Below, one piece after another: positions 1 to 13,734 of a DNA stretch of 64,000 bases (position 1 is the stretch's first letter; each line of letters starts with the position of its first letter). The stretch lies in assembly GCA_951406725.2 (NCBI GenBank), contig OX597814.1, positions 183,582,001-183,646,000 of the forward strand, written 5' to 3'. The translations under genes and the position numbers were made by a program. The notes beneath the pieces are model-generated. The model searched no databases. It was given only the letters and a program-made list of their open reading frames with translations, and had not been told where the DNA came from. The stretch comes from Octopus vulgaris (lineage: Eukaryota).

Positions 1-84
1 AAAATTCACTCCTTGAACTTAGAAAATTTGAACGGCTAGAATTCTACATAATCATACTGATTTGTTCAGTAAAATTGAAGCAAC

Positions 85-305
85 ATGCACACACACACGC
101 ACGCATGCACATGTATACATACACGCACACACATGTATACATACACGCACACACATGTATACATACACGCACACACATGTATACATACACGCACACACAT
201 GTATACATACACGCACACACATGTATACATACACGCACACACATTCACATATGCACACACATTCACATATGCACACACATTCACATATATATATACATAC
301 ATACA
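85..305. repeat. Compound minisatellite (22-bp unit ACACATGTATACATACACGCAC x~6, then 18-bp unit ACATTCACATATGCACAC x~3)
   Basis: Direct tandem periodicity; explains the overlapping HTHT/VCVC ORFs. Confidence 0.9.
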
Positions 306-723
306 TATCCGGAAAGATGATGCTTGGGAGATGCCTGAAATCTAATTATCAAAGTTAATTTATTTATGCATTTATTTTCGTTTGTAAATTAATATTTGAA
401 AATATAAAAATAAATATATAAACTTGGGAAGTAAGCAAGGTAGTAAGTATGAGATTACCAAGGAGGAAGTGCGCAGATTATGAGAATGGTAACACCTTTG
501 CACATATATGCAGTAATATTCTTGTTCAGAAACTTGCTAATATATATATTATAATGATATATTATAGTTTGTTATTCTTTTCTTATATAAGTTAAAATTT
601 ATTTTCATAGATATAATAAATATTTATACCTATTTATTCTAGTTTTATTTATACCAGAATATATTTTTAAGATATTTCGTGTTTATATTTTATGATATAT
701 CATTGTATTTTGTTTGAGTTTTA

Positions 724-807
724 TTGGGCAAGTGTTTTCTACTATAGCCTTCGGCTGACTAAAGTGGTGTAAGTGGATTTCGTAGGCGGAAACTGAAAGA
801 ACTCTGT

Positions 808-810
<3 letters not shown>
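724..810 (+). mobile_element. SINE family A, diverged 5'-half fragment ending in (TA)n
   Basis: TTGGGCAAGTGTTTTCTACTATAGCC...GGAAACTGAAAGAA matches full copies such as 36613-37047. Confidence 0.8.
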
Positions 811-847
<37 letters not shown>

Positions 848-850
<3 letters not shown>

Positions 851-1016
851 AGAGTTTACGAAAAAAAAAAGACGAACACAGGTGGTGTACAAAACAAACA
901 GATGTATTAGTATAACGCTCAGGAATAGAAAAAGTCTTTTACATTTCGAGCTTCCGCTCTTCTACAGAAAGGGACACAGAAAAAACAAGGAGAGAAGAAA
1001 TGTGTGTAGTGGCTAA
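848..1016 (-). mobile_element. Short (TA)n-flanked hammerhead-bearing element (family H), probably PLE-derived and non-autonomous
   Basis: Reverse complement aligns with 29433-29625 and 55450-55642; ends in ...CTCCC followed by (TA)n. Confidence 0.75.
936..971 (-). ncRNA. Minimal type-I hammerhead ribozyme-like motif (core CUGUAGA, stem II GAGC-GGAA-GCUC, GAAAUGUA)
   Basis: Reverse complement: cttt CTGTAGA A GAGC GGAA GCTC GAAAT GTA aaag; helix I cttt/aaag. Confidence 0.55.
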
Positions 1017-1263
1017 AAAATAAATATAAAAATAAAGTAATGACAATAATAGCAGCAGTTTTACGTAACGTTCAAAGGTTTTTTAGACGTCGTGGTGTAT
1101 TGCACGGATTTCTCATCAAGAGCAGAGTCCACTGTGATCCGTGTGTAGGAGAGGTGCAGCCGGACGGTAAGTATCCAAACGAATCCGTAAATGGTAGAGT
1201 AGGTAAAGAGTCCAGTGGAGAAGTTCGTAGTGGTGAGGAAAGATAGTGCGACCACGTGAGCGT

Positions 1264-1346
<83 letters not shown>

Positions 1347-1390
1347 ATACATATGGATATATATGTATATAAATATATATATATATATAT

Positions 1391-1684
1391 TATAGCTTCA
1401 GGCCGTCGAAGGTCTTGTGAGTGGATTTCGTACACGGAAATTGAAAGAAGGTTGTCGTATATATGAGTATTTTTGCGTGTGTCTGTGTCAGTGTCTGTAT
1501 TTGAAACCCCACCATTGGTTGACAACCGATGTTGCTGTGTTTGCGTTCCCATAACTTAGCTGTTCGGCAAAAGACGCCGATATAATAAGTACAAGGCTCG
1601 CAAAGAATAAATCCTGTGGTCGATTTGTTTAACCAACTGCGGTGCTCCAGCATGGCCGCATTCACCTACTGAAACAAGTCAAAC
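1391..1684 (+). mobile_element. SINE family A, old 5'-truncated copy
   Basis: Colinear with family A from TATAGC to GGTGCTCCAGCATGGCCGCA...GAAACAAGT. Confidence 0.85.
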
Positions 1685-1717
1685 ATTAAAAAAACTATGC
1701 AACTATGCCATCTTAGT

Positions 1718-1745
1718 CCCGTGCAAGGCAGGGTATCTCTATAGG
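1718..1745 (+). mobile_element. Possible Helitron 3'-terminal hairpin remnant
   Basis: CCCGTGCAAGGCAGGGTATCTCT resembles the CCCGAGCAACGCCGGGCGATACTGCTAG terminus at 39327-39354. Confidence 0.3.
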
Positions 1746-1810
1746 ATACATACATACATACATACATACATACATACATACATACATACATACATACATG
1801 CATGCATGCA

Positions 1811-1859
<49 letters not shown>

Positions 1860-1861
<2 letters not shown>

Positions 1862-2100
1862 TAATACGCTTCCATCTTCTATCTCTAACACACACCAATT
1901 CTTGTGAACAAAAGATCTTGCAACTTTCAGAAAACGAGAAATTTCTAAATCACTATGCCTAGCCTGCAAAGCCGCAATTGCAGCATGCCTTTTCATTTTA
2001 TTAGTAAGCATAGGGCTTGTCATTGTTATTTTCTAATATAAAGTTCAATATAAATTAGTCAAATAAAATGCATGTGTCCTCAAATGCCGTCCGCACCCTG
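1860..2100 (-). mobile_element. 5' end of a Tc1/mariner-superfamily (maT/DD37D-like) transposon: TIR start and N-terminal HTH
   Basis: Reverse complement begins TA|CAGGGTGCGG; ORF 1739-2023 contains [31 protein letters not shown] (HTH-like), truncated by (TA)n. Confidence 0.6.
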
Positions 2101-3179
2101 TATGTATGTATGTATGTGTCTGTGTATGTATGCATGTGTGTATGTATGTATATATACATAGATACATATATATATATGTATATATATATTATACATGCAT
2201 GTGCACATACACATATACATATTTAGTGCAGTTGGAACTTTTGAGCACAAATTTACTTTCTCTTGATTGGGTTAATTGAATTGTTCGGGTATGATCGATA
2301 GTTTTTGTTTTCAGAGCAGGAAGTATATGTAGTACCAGGAGAATATGCGAAATTGAAAGAATATGAAGCTGCTAAATGTTATTCAGCTATTTAACAGTAG
2401 AGTCACAATCGCAATACTTTGAAAAGACACCTCATGAGATTAGTTCATTTAATCAGTCGATTTTAGCAAAGGTGATTCATCTCTCCGACATTGTCTAACA
2501 TATTCTCGAAATGAGAACGAGTCTTTGCGTTGGATACAAACATAATACGAAGAAGGAGTAATATGGAATCTGCGACAGGTCGATAATATAGATGATTTAG
2601 CATAAAGGTGGGTTTTCTGAAATGTTCATAAAATTTGATTATGAATTCTCGAAGTTAGGAATGGGGAATGAAAATTAGCGTTGGTCACAAAATGACCAAT
2701 TCAGTACAACATAACATGTATGAGAAGTCGACTCTGTAATATATTTTATAATTACTACACATAATTAATAACAATAGATGAAGACAAGAGAAAATTGTGT
2801 ATATTTCACCAAAAAGAAAAAAAGATAATACTGAAATAAACTCAAGATTTCCTGAAAAATCCAGCTTTTTGTTAATGATTTACCAATTTCTAATTTAAAA
2901 ATAAATAGGTGGAAGAGACCTTCTGGATTTCAAATATCTTTCCCCTCATAATCTATGAAGGTCGCAATAACTGTTAATTGCTTAGCGATCTCTTGGGTGA
3001 TGTGTTGACGACTGTAACATTAAATGCACTTCTAAATCTTGTGCAATTTGTCACAGTATTCAAGGAAAATGTTATTTTAAAAATGATAGAAGAGATTAAA
3101 GATTTTTTTGTAGATAACTATAAGACTGGAAGGACACACAACGAAATACAGATCCTAGGTTAGAATCGATTATTCAAAG

Positions 3180-3375
3180 GAAGTTGTACGGTACACAGAA
3201 GCAATTGACAGGATGAGATCAAAGAAGAATACGAAAGCAATATACATTCACCATGACAATGTGCAGCCACACACATCTTAGAAAACAAATCAGACAATCA
3301 GCAAATTGAGCCGTCACCGGCCTCTCATCCATCGTGCATTTCGAAACTTGTGTCCTACGACTTCAACTTGCTTGC
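3180..3375 (+). pseudogene. Mariner transposase catalytic-domain remnant
   Basis: Reads IHHDNVQPHTS*KTNQTI...SHPSCISKLVSYDFNL, a decayed HHDNARPH...PHPPYSPDLAPSDFHLF. Confidence 0.6.
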
Positions 3376-3518
3376 TCATCAACGTAGCACAGTCTATTCA
3401 AGTCTACTTTGTTGAACGAAAAATGTTTTGGTATATAGTAAAATAGTGATCAATAATAATTTAGGCATCTTTAAATAAATTTAAACATTTTAAAATATAT
3501 CTGGCTACTAGAGTAAAT

Positions 3519-3775
3519 GTGATGGCGCGAATAAATTAGGGTAATTCCACAAATATAGTAGGTGTGATGGTGCGAACAAAATAAGAGTGATGCCGCGAAT
3601 AGAGTAGCGTGATGGCGGAAATGGAGCTGATGTGATGGCGCGAATAGATTAGGGGTTGTACCACGAGTAGTACCGGCTGTGATGACGCGCATAGAGCAGG
3701 TGTAAGGTGCAAATGGAACCGGAGTGATGGTGCAAATAAAGCCAGGGTAATGATGCGGATGGAGTAGGGATTATA
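3519..3775. repeat. Degenerate ~21-23-bp minisatellite (consensus ~GTGATGGCGCGAATAGAGTAG)
   Basis: About 11-12 imperfect units with a recurring GTGATGG(C/T)GCG/GCAAA core. Confidence 0.75.
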
Positions 3776-4062
3776 GTGTTACAAGCATAATTTTAGTAAG
3801 ATGTTACATGCACAAGTCTGAGAGAGAGTAAAGAACAACAGACACTCCTGCAGTCAGAAACTACATGCTTAGAACATGCCAGTAAGAGATAGATATATAT
3901 ATCTATTCTTATCTATCCTAAGTTGGTTCTCGTAATGTAGAATAGCACTTAATTTAAAATGAAAATCCTAGCATAAAATTCATAATTAAACGATCAAGAT
4001 TATGGGAAACCACAAGAGTATAGTAAAACTTAAACGTCAGGACTTGAAACGTTTTTGAATAA

Positions 4063-4406
4063 TGCGTGGCACCTTGGGCAAGTGTCTTCTACTATAGCCT
4101 CGGGCCGACCAAAGCCTTGTGAGTGGATTTGGTGAACGGAAACTGAAAGAAACCCGCCGTATATGTGTGTGTGTGTGTGTGTGTGTTTGTGTTTGTGTGT
4201 CTGTGTTTGTCCCCCCACCCAACATCGCTTAACAGTCGATGCTGGTGTGTTTACGTCCCCGTAACTTAGCGGTTCGGCAAAAGAGAACGATAGAATAAGT
4301 ACTAGGCTTACAAAGAATAAGTCCTGGGGTCGATTTTCTCGACTAAAGGCGGTGCTCCAGCATGCCCGTAGTCAAATGACTGAAACAAGTAAAAGAATAA
4401 AAGAGT
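4063..4406 (+). mobile_element. SINE family A, 5'-truncated
   Basis: Near-consensus body, internal (TG)n, (AAAAGAGT)-type tail. Confidence 0.9.
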
Positions 4407-6213
4407 ATCTATGTGCAATAGCAGAAAACTCATGTGAGTTGATAGGAATGAGCTAACCAAAAACAATGAAACCATTCGTTCTCAAACTATTCTAGTCTTC
4501 TAGGATGGGGTAGAATTTTAGCTTTTGAATAAAACTATGAAGTTCTTTTTCTTATTTCGAGATATGGTGACATAATTTGAGTGGTCTCTCTATTCGTTGC
4601 CCTATTGCAGAATATGTAGGTGTGAGCGATTGCAAAAATGTATGACTGCAGAGAATCTGAACATTTGAACGTCTGCTCTCAAACGACCTTTGGATGTTTA
4701 GACAGGCAAACACCAAGTAACCGTTTAATGATATAATTACGTTACAGAAATGATTTGAGAGTAAAAATTTTTGGTATCGATTATTGCATTTGATTTTGTT
4801 TTCACCCAAGACGAAAAAAGTTTATTTGTATGTAAATAACATTTTATTTCTGAAATTGTTTAAAATCAAATTCTAAGCGAGACGATCGTCTCTGAGAACA
4901 TTTCACTGTCGCCATCCATTTCTTATTAATGCAATCATACTTTCATTGACGCCACTGTAGAAAAGAAGAATATATATACATACAAACACACACACACACA
5001 TATATGTATGTATATATATATATACATACAGGCACACACGCACATTTATATATACACATATATGTGTGCATGTACGTATGTATATATACTCATACATATA
5101 TGTGTATGTATTCGTCGTCTTTGGTGAAAATCTGTAATCTTTAATTGCACTAGTCTGGTATCTTAGTTTAAAATGCTATCATAATTGCTCAACGTCTCAT
5201 TCATTAATAGACGAATATAAAAACCGCCATATTATACGTAATTTTCTTTCTCTGCAGTTCTTCTCTTATGCCCAAAGCGTTTCCGACTACGGGTGATATG
5301 AAATGCCACAAAGACTATTTCTCTCTTCTTTGATGTTGCGGACAAGCCTGCTACCACATGCGGTAGAAATTGATTGTCAATAGGAGAAACAAATGTAAAT
5401 ACAAGTTAAACTTTTAAAGTTTTCTGTAGAACGGTTGGTGATTATGGCGCTGCAAATTTAATGGAGAATGTGGGGACGGTGTTTTTATGCGAAATCGCTA
5501 AAATTTAGTAGATAAAGAAGAGAAGAAAGAGAAATAAAGAGATAAATAGAGAGAGATATGATGAGAGAGAGATAGAATACATAGAGTGAAAGAAAATGTA
5601 AAGAAAGAGAGAGAGAGAGTGAGAGAGAAAGTTTAGGTAAATGGATAGGAAAAAAGATAAATAAATGTTTAAAAAAGATAAAAAAGTAAAGCGAAATAGT
5701 AAAAAAACGCTAAGAGCAACCGTGGTAATGTAATGTTTAACCAAACTCACTGCAAAATGAGTTTAGCGTCATCATTTCAAAGACGAGATGTCACTTGTTA
5801 TCGTCATTAAATGAAAACAGAAAGGCAATAAGAAAAGAAAAACTTTAGTGATGGCCGCAATGCATAATGTTTATAATGTAAATAATTGGTTTCTTGGAAA
5901 AGAAGTACTAAAAACGTTTCGAAGGATTCATTGATGTTGTTCGAGTTGAAACAGAAAAAAAGAAAACCGAGAAGTTAGAAGAGGCATTAATCCAATTACT
6001 GGAGCTCTAAACAGCCTAAAGAACGCTCTATAACAATTCAATCGCTTTTAATGAATTTAATAATGGTTAAAATATAGATCGCTAGTGTTGACCGAGATAA
6101 TACGCAAGTGGTTATTTAATAAGAAAACTTGATTAAATACTGATACAAACTAGTGTCTAGTTTGGTTCCAGTTCAATCTCATGCAAGGTGACTACCATTC
6201 TGTGGACAATGAA

Positions 6214-6234
6214 TCTTTATATATAAAAAGCAGG

Positions 6235-6268
<34 letters not shown>

Positions 6269-6642
6269 ACGTGAATATAATTTATGCACGTCCACAAATT
6301 AGCACGCATGTCGCTCCAATTTTAGGAGGACATTCGTCACGATCCTAGCTGTATTTTCGTCAACTTATTTTTAGCAGAGGCACCAGCGAATAGCAGTAAA
6401 AATAAATTTTCAACCAAACCTTTTAACAATTTTAAAGTCGGAGAAATCACCATTGTTTGCAAACAGGAGTTAAGTCCCTTTCTAGCGGCGAGTAAGTTTT
6501 TGTTAAGACTTTTGTTTTTTTTCCATCGAGGAAAAAAGTGTTTTGTTGATATGCGTGTAATACACACACACACACGAACATGTATGAGTAAAAAAAATCA
6601 TGTATGCAAAAGGTGTACGTACGTATGTGTATGTGTGTGTTG

Positions 6643-6697
<55 letters not shown>

Positions 6698-6805
6698 TAA
6701 TATAAACCAATTTCAACGGATTTCGTCCAAATTTGACGTCGATGTTAGTTTGGTTTGAAATAAAGAACTTGATTAATCCCGGTCAAAGTCGGGTTATACT
6801 GACAG
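6214..6805 (+). mobile_element. Non-autonomous Helitron-like element
   Basis: 5' A|TCTTTATATATAAAA plus (TG)n; 3' hairpin CCCGGTCAAAGTCGGG followed by TACTGACAG|T (variant of CTGCTAG|T). Confidence 0.55.
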
Positions 6806-7264
6806 TTAAGTGATAATATGTTGACGCTGTTATCCCTTTACCTCTTCAGATATCAATACTGTGTCTAATTCTTTTAATACATTTTCTCGTTGATCCGACA
6901 GTACATAAATCATTTCCTGAAAAGCTCATTTTGCGATCTGGTTTTAACTCCTATTTATATCAATGCCACTTTGCTTATACTCTATATATACATACAGAAA
7001 ATAATGAATTTCATTCAAATTCCTTAATTTTGACAATTAAAAGTGAGAAATGAAGTAGCTCTTACAAAGTACAGCTGTATACCTGTATGTTAATGCGTAT
7101 CAACAGATAAATATATCGATTTGTGTCTCATCAATTCAGCGATCCGAGTTGAGGAGACAATGAGAGGCGAGCAAGTTTTAAGGTACACCTTCTTTAATGG
7201 ACAAAGCGCTTAACTCTGAAAAGGTACTGCACATCTAACTGGAAATAGGTACGTAAATAATTAT

Positions 7265-7646
7265 AACGATGTTATACCAACAATAACTCTGAGCACCTTT
7301 TCAAACTCCATCTGTCTAACACCCGTGGACATGTTTACAAAGTCAGAAAACAGCACAGCTCCCATGACTTTCGGAAAAAGAGTTGCTGAAGCATGGAACA
7401 AACTGCCGGCATCAGTTGTTAGTTGTCGGAGCACTGCAGCCTTCAAAACCTCCATGCTTCCTGAGACTCGCCAACACTACACCTCATTCTCTCCCCTCCA
7501 TAGACACGCAAGCATGTATCTGACTCATACACTGTTCACTTCCCAGACATTTGTACATTAAGGCACATGCTTTATACGCACCTTTGACAAGTTGTGGTGC
7601 ACCTGAGCACTGTGTACAATAATTTCATTATTATTATTATTATTAT
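7265..7646 (+). mobile_element. 3' end of a CR1/L2-like LINE with (ATT)n tail
   Basis: TRGHVYKVRKQHSSHDFRK / RVAEAWNKLPASVVSCRSTAAFK is the typical C-terminal TRGH..WNxLP motif; 3' UTR then (ATT)n. Confidence 0.75.
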
Positions 7647-8790
7647 TTTGTTGTTGTTGTTGTTGTTGTAAGCTTTGCAACACTAAAATTGACGAGAAAT
7701 TCGCTTACAAGACGTTCAATAGGTGAATATAGCTTGGAGAAACATATCTGTTCAATTGCCTTGCTTATCCTACACTTATATTACGAAGAAACACAGCAAA
7801 TTAATGACTATTAATTTTTAAATTTCTAAACAAGTATAATACAATGGATTATTATAATGTTGTAGTATGTTGTTATTGTACTTTAGTAGTTGCTATAAAA
7901 ATATTTTTCCTATCTCGAAATCCATACCACGCCTTATGCATGACTATGAATTCTTAAAAAAAGGATGTCGAATTCACACATTTCAAACCAGATTAAAGAT
8001 ATACGGAAATAAGCAAAGAAATACACTATAAACAATGTGTTAAAAGATTTTAAATTGATAATTAGTATTTGTTTTAGATTTTCTATTTCATATTTTTGTT
8101 CATTAGCTAGGATGTTTTTTTAATTTTTTTCTGCAAATGCTTTTATAATTAACGTAAGTTTGGATGATAAACTAGTTATATGAGTTAGATTTTTTGTGAG
8201 AGCTTTTAGCAGCACACCATTTTGAGAAGTCAGAAAAGGGAAATTTAATTTAAAGTAAACTTCCCTCAGTAAATTGTGAAGAAAACATCAAAAATAAAGC
8301 AAAATTTCTATGCTAACGAAGATTGAATTTCATCTTAATACAATCATTTGTGTTAATAACTGTATCGCATTTCATTTCATTTGTCTATTGTTTGTATTAT
8401 TTATATATGTTTTAGTTTCGTGTAGTTTTGGAAGTTCGATTCTTATTTCAAGTCTTCTGTTTACAATAAATATCAAACGTCGAATTCCGTATAGTTAGAT
8501 ATTCCAACGTGTTAAAAGCATGTTGTAAGTTTATTTCAAGAACATATTTTTACTTACTTCTTTAAGTTGTTACAGCTTCTTGTTAATTTGATATATTCAC
8601 ATTTAGAAGATTTTATTTCAGGTGGGTTTTTTTTTTATATTAAAATAAAAATTTAGTGTAGATTTAATTTACAAGTCAATGCTAATAAGTGCAGACTGAT
8701 GGGAGCCATAAAGAACATCCATCCCGAAACTACTTACTTTCCAACATGCATGCATACATAGACACTAAAGTACACACACACACACACGAA

Positions 8791-8826
<36 letters not shown>

Positions 8827-8830
8827 CACA

Positions 8831-8882
<52 letters not shown>

Positions 8883-8914
8883 TATATATCCTTCCATACA
8901 AACTAACATACTGT

Positions 8915-10169
8915 AGCACAGATGACGAGAAGCCAAGAATGAAACCTTCGAATTGGAAGAAAATTATAGGCGTAAAGATTATGTACAAGCTTTACACCAG
9001 CTGTCTAAACCGATTCCTGCAGGAACATTTTGAGTCCCACTATTTAATGGCTAATGAATAGGAAGTGGAAAAGAAGAGAGCGTGGAGATAAACCGAACAG
9101 TTTTTGATAAACAATGTTGTGCAGTCCGATGTAAGAAAACACTGCAGAAACCTAGTGAGAGTACAGTTTGATTATAACAGAGAATTCATCTCTAATCCCC
9201 AACATGGTTGCACTTGACGACAGTACTTTAGACATTGACACAGAGAGGCTTACAAAGAACTGAGCAATAATCTTCACACATACAACTGATGTAACGACTA
9301 TTTCGAAGCGGATATTCCTAGGAGATGGCATGTCTGTACTTTTGTTTATTATAGCATTAAATTCATTATTTCTTTTACAAGAATCTAATAGCTACACGCT
9401 AGGGTTTGCAACTGCTAGAGATACCAGTGTAACCTATCATTCCTTTGTGGATATCCTGAATATCTCCTCTAAAAATTTTAACAATGACGAAAATCAGTTG
9501 GTGTTAATCACATTTTCAGCTCATATAGGAATGGGATTTGACTGAAAGAAGTGTTCATATTTGATAGCTGAACGTGGAAAATCAGTCCTTCAAAACCCGC
9601 ACTTGTGCACCAACAGTCTCTCTACTGTGTGCAATATTAGATATCGTACGAATGTGATGTGAACAATGATCAACTAATTTATGAATATAACACGATTTAA
9701 AAATATATGGTAGTCGTTTCTCTCCTTTTAGAACAACACAAGAATCCACAATGCATGCGCAGTACAAGGGCTTAAATTAACTTTTGGAATACATGACGGG
9801 TACGAAAAAGAAATCTACTCCATTGACATTAAGAGCAGGAAGATCCTGAACAGTTACCTTCTACAGAAACAGTGATGTCGACAGGCTCTACCTAAGAAGA
9901 TATGAAAGCAGAGCCTTGAAATCAGTTGAGACAGCCTTTGAACATCGTATAGTATCTCTCAGGCAGTAGTATCTCTTTCAATATTTTACTTGTTTCAGTC
10001 ATTTGACTGTGGCCATGCTGGAACACCGCCTTTAGTCGAGCAAATCAACCCGAGGACTTATTCTTTGTAAGCCTAGTACTTATTCTATCGGTCTCTTTTG
10101 CCGAACCGCTAAGTTATGAGGACGTAAACACACCAGCATCGGTTGTCAAGCGATGTTGGGGGTACAGAC

Positions 10170-10264
<95 letters not shown>

Positions 10265-11170
10265 GATATAGATATATACGACGGGCTTCTTTCAGTTTCC
10301 GTCTACCAAATTCACTCACAAGGCTTTGGTCGGCCCGAGGCTATAGTAGGAAACACTTGCCCAAGTTGCAACGTAGTGGGACTGAACCCGGAACTATGTG
10401 GTTCGTAAGCAGGCTACCTACCACACAGTCACTCCTACGCCTTGCAGCAAAGATAAATATATAAACCTAATGCTGAATCCCTACCCGCCAAAAAACAAGA
10501 AAAAATACGAAGAGAGCTACATCTTACGAGCTGGCAGTGGGTTTTGTGGATTAATTTTCTTCCCTATAATCTCCTATGCAACACCAGAACAGTCTCCTCA
10601 AAAGGAGATTTGGATGTGAAACACTTAGCATGAAAAACTATGCCAAGGTGTACTCTGAAAATTTGAGGATGATATAAAATCGACAGGAAGTGCAGCCTTT
10701 CTTGGACTCGCAGCCGCTACCACACGTCACACTTTTTGAAGGCTGTGTCTGCAATCCAAAAGCAAAAGATTGGTATAAAATAAAGTGTGAAAAAAGAGAT
10801 GGTAAACGCCTCAGAGTACTAAAATGGAACCGAAAATGTCGAGTGTGTCACATTTCAGTGGGAGACGTCATACATGCGATCAGCACCTGCCCAAAAATGT
10901 CATCTAGGTACTACCTTCTAATGTGACATGACGTTGTCGGTAAAACAGTATAAAATGCCATCCGAACAGAAAGACAGTCCTGGGATAAATATAGAAAATC
11001 ATTCTGTTATTGAATACATACATGAGCATCAACACAAAAATATTGGTGAAACAATCCCATCAAAATTTCTACCAAGGGCGAACATGACATGCCGGATATA
11101 GTTGTTTGCAACAGACAGGAACATGTATGCACAGTTACAGAAGTCAGCTGTCCTACTGATAGGGATATCT
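8915..11170 (+). pseudogene. Decayed R4/Dong-like non-LTR retrotransposon (RT, CCHC knuckle, RLE), split by a SINE A copy at 9984-10442
   Basis: GDGMSVLLFIIALNSL...SFVDIL...IGMGFD*KKC (RT); CRVCHISVGDVIHAISTC (knuckle); *HDVVGK; PDIVV...EVSCP (RLE). Confidence 0.7.
9984..10442 (-). mobile_element. SINE family A, full length
   Basis: tRNA-like head with A-box-like TGACTGTGTGG and B-box-like GGTTCAGTCCC on the minus strand; internal (TC)n(CA)n(TA)n. Confidence 0.92.
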
Positions 11171-11613
11171 CTTCTTCGAACAACTGCTTCGAAGCCTTCA
11201 GCTTCTGAACAGCGATTATTGTGGTACATTTATGTTCTATATGCACGAATAAACTCCAAACAAAGCACATAACCATATCTATCGAAGCAAATTCTCCGTG
11301 ACAGCTTTCCATTACTATCTACCACACAAGCTAATTATCGTACAATAGAACGCAACTTCAAAAGTTTTAACTTAACAGAGACTATATAAAGCGAACTTGA
11401 ACGCAAATGTACCGTAATCTGATGATTGTTTAGCTGGCTAAATGTTCGTAGTCACTATCATTACTATTTTTGCTAAAGAATAATAAATTTGTACTCTACC
11501 AAATGTATTGAGTAATCTTTCAATTGATGTCAAAATTGTTATTATTATGACATGGTCTTCATAGCTGGAATAGTAGGAAGTTCTCTCCCTGCTGGCAATA
11601 TATATCGAGTGTG

Positions 11614-12051
11614 GAGTGCACTGAATAACCAGCTGGAGGAGGCGTCCTCCTGGCGTTAAATAGCAGAATCATCTGTTCTTAGAGAACACCCATGTTTAGA
11701 TGGCGATAAACATTACTTCTCAGTATAAAAACTGCTTTCGTCCAATAGAGATTATCTTAAGGAGCTAGTTTGCCTGTTGTAAGATTAGTGACTGTGTGTC
11801 ATTTATTTTCTATAAATTGTAAGCTGATGAGTATCCATCACCGAGGATGACTATAATAAAGTCGAAATCGCGCGTTGTGATGGTCTCGATACCTGAGTGC
11901 ACTGAATAACCACTTGAGGAGGCGTCCTCTTGGGATTAAAATAGCAGTATCGTCTATTCTTAGAGAACATCCATGTTTAGATGGCGGTAAACATTACTTC
12001 TCAGTATAGATACTGCTTTCATATCTTAGAGATTTTCTTGACGAGTTACTT
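11614..12051 (+). repeat. Diverged direct repeat, period 281 bp (11614-11771 / 11895-12051), with a hammerhead-like motif between the copies
   Basis: GAGTGCACTGAATAACCA...GTCCTC...TTAGAGAACA..CATGTTTAGATGGCG.TAAACATTACTTCTCAGTATA occurs twice. Confidence 0.85.
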
Positions 12052-12459
12052 CATAGCGATGTATTTGGAATCCGGGTAGGTACTTTATCAGCACTGATAT
12101 AATCCACATCTGGTAAACAAAATCGAATGATTGGGAACATACAGAATTATTTAAGATAAACAATTAAAAGGTATTTCACTCGATACTTAAATTCTTTGGA
12201 CTTCCTACAGCATTCAAAGTATTATAATCAAGACGTCTTAAAGGAGAATGGGAATTATGCACTTTCAGAATTTATTTATTACAGTATTAGTTTCATTAAA
12301 ATCCAATCCGACACGTGTTTCTGCTGGCTAAGTGTCCTAGTATTCTTTGATATATCATATCATTTATATACGCTTAGCTCATTCAGTTTCAGTAGATATT
12401 CAGCCAAGTTAGACATTCCTATGCAGATTTGTTCAAGGTTTTATCTATGCCGGTGGATG

Positions 12460-12602
12460 CAGTTTCCGTTTACCAAATCCACTCACAAGGCTTTGGTCGG
12501 CCAGAGACTATAGTATAAGACACTTGCCCAAGGTGCCACGCAGTGGAAATGAACCCAGAACTATGTGGTTGGTAAGCAAGCTACTTACCTCACAACCACT
12601 CC
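12460..12602 (-). mobile_element. SINE family A, head-only fragment
   Basis: CAGTTTCCGTTTACCAAATCCACTCACAAGGC...CCACTCC. Confidence 0.85.
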
Positions 12603-13734
12603 ATACACATATATGATAAAAGTGAGGAAAAAAGCAGGATAATTAAAAATGGGTCCTGCATTAATGAGTCCCTTACTGTTCGTTTGGAGCAATAAACTCC
12701 CTAAATACAGTTACCTTGTCTGTTTCTAAACACATATCGGCTTAGCACAAGGATGTAAATTTTTACTAGCATGTGTACTTCCTCTGAAAAATTACTAGAG
12801 ATTTTTGGAAGAAACAACCGAGGTAGTTCCCTCTGTATTGTACATTGGAAAGCTTATTTACTAACACTCCAGTAATAGAAGCAATAGAAATTATATTAAA
12901 TAACGTATATAAATGCCTTTCATACAAAGCCGCTCATGATAGCAGTCACGTATAATACTATAATATATAATTGTATTTTATTTCTGTTTCTTTTGACCAT
13001 TTATTCATTTCGGATTGGTTCCTACTGATGTTCAGAAAACACATAGCTTCAAATACCTTGAACTATTACTATAAATATACACACGTGAACATATAAGCAC
13101 ATGACAGCAAAAACAAAAAAAGCAAACAAAAATAAATAAACCAAAACAAAAGCAGAACAAAAACAAAAACAAAACAAACAAAACAATTAGACACAAATAT
13201 ATTAACTCTCATACAAATCTAACCATACGGTTCTAAGGACACTAATCATTCATTATTATTCCTTTGTGCAAAACTCTACTCTATTGTAACCCAGGAAAGA
13301 TATGATGCTTGCAACGCTAGACTTACAGGAAATATGATAGCTCACGTGAAACATTTTATTGAATAATTATTAAGCCAGTCTACGTTTAGTTACAGCCAGC
13401 CCATTGATCCCCGAATTATCACTTGAGTCTGTCAAAAGTCTTCTACCATTATTCATTTCCATCCTGTTTCATAAGTTTGATACATCTGCTGTATTTATCA
13501 ATTTCCTCTCGACCTTTTTTTTTTCCCCTCTCTATTTTTACTGTTTTTAATCGATTATTGCTAGACACTGAAAATAAAATAATAAATAAAAAAAGACTTA
13601 GAAAAAAAAGACCAAAAACTAAAGACAATGAATGGAAGCAAAGAACGCGGCCATAGTTTACAGCAAAGTCTTTATTCATACTCTGTTCAGCTTTTGATCG
13701 AAAACAATTATACTGTAATTAATACAGTTAAGTT

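Noticed and set aside
3519-3775. CRISPR-like array
   Set aside because: Units are degenerate tandem copies with no constant repeat/unique spacer structure, the context is eukaryotic and there are no cas genes
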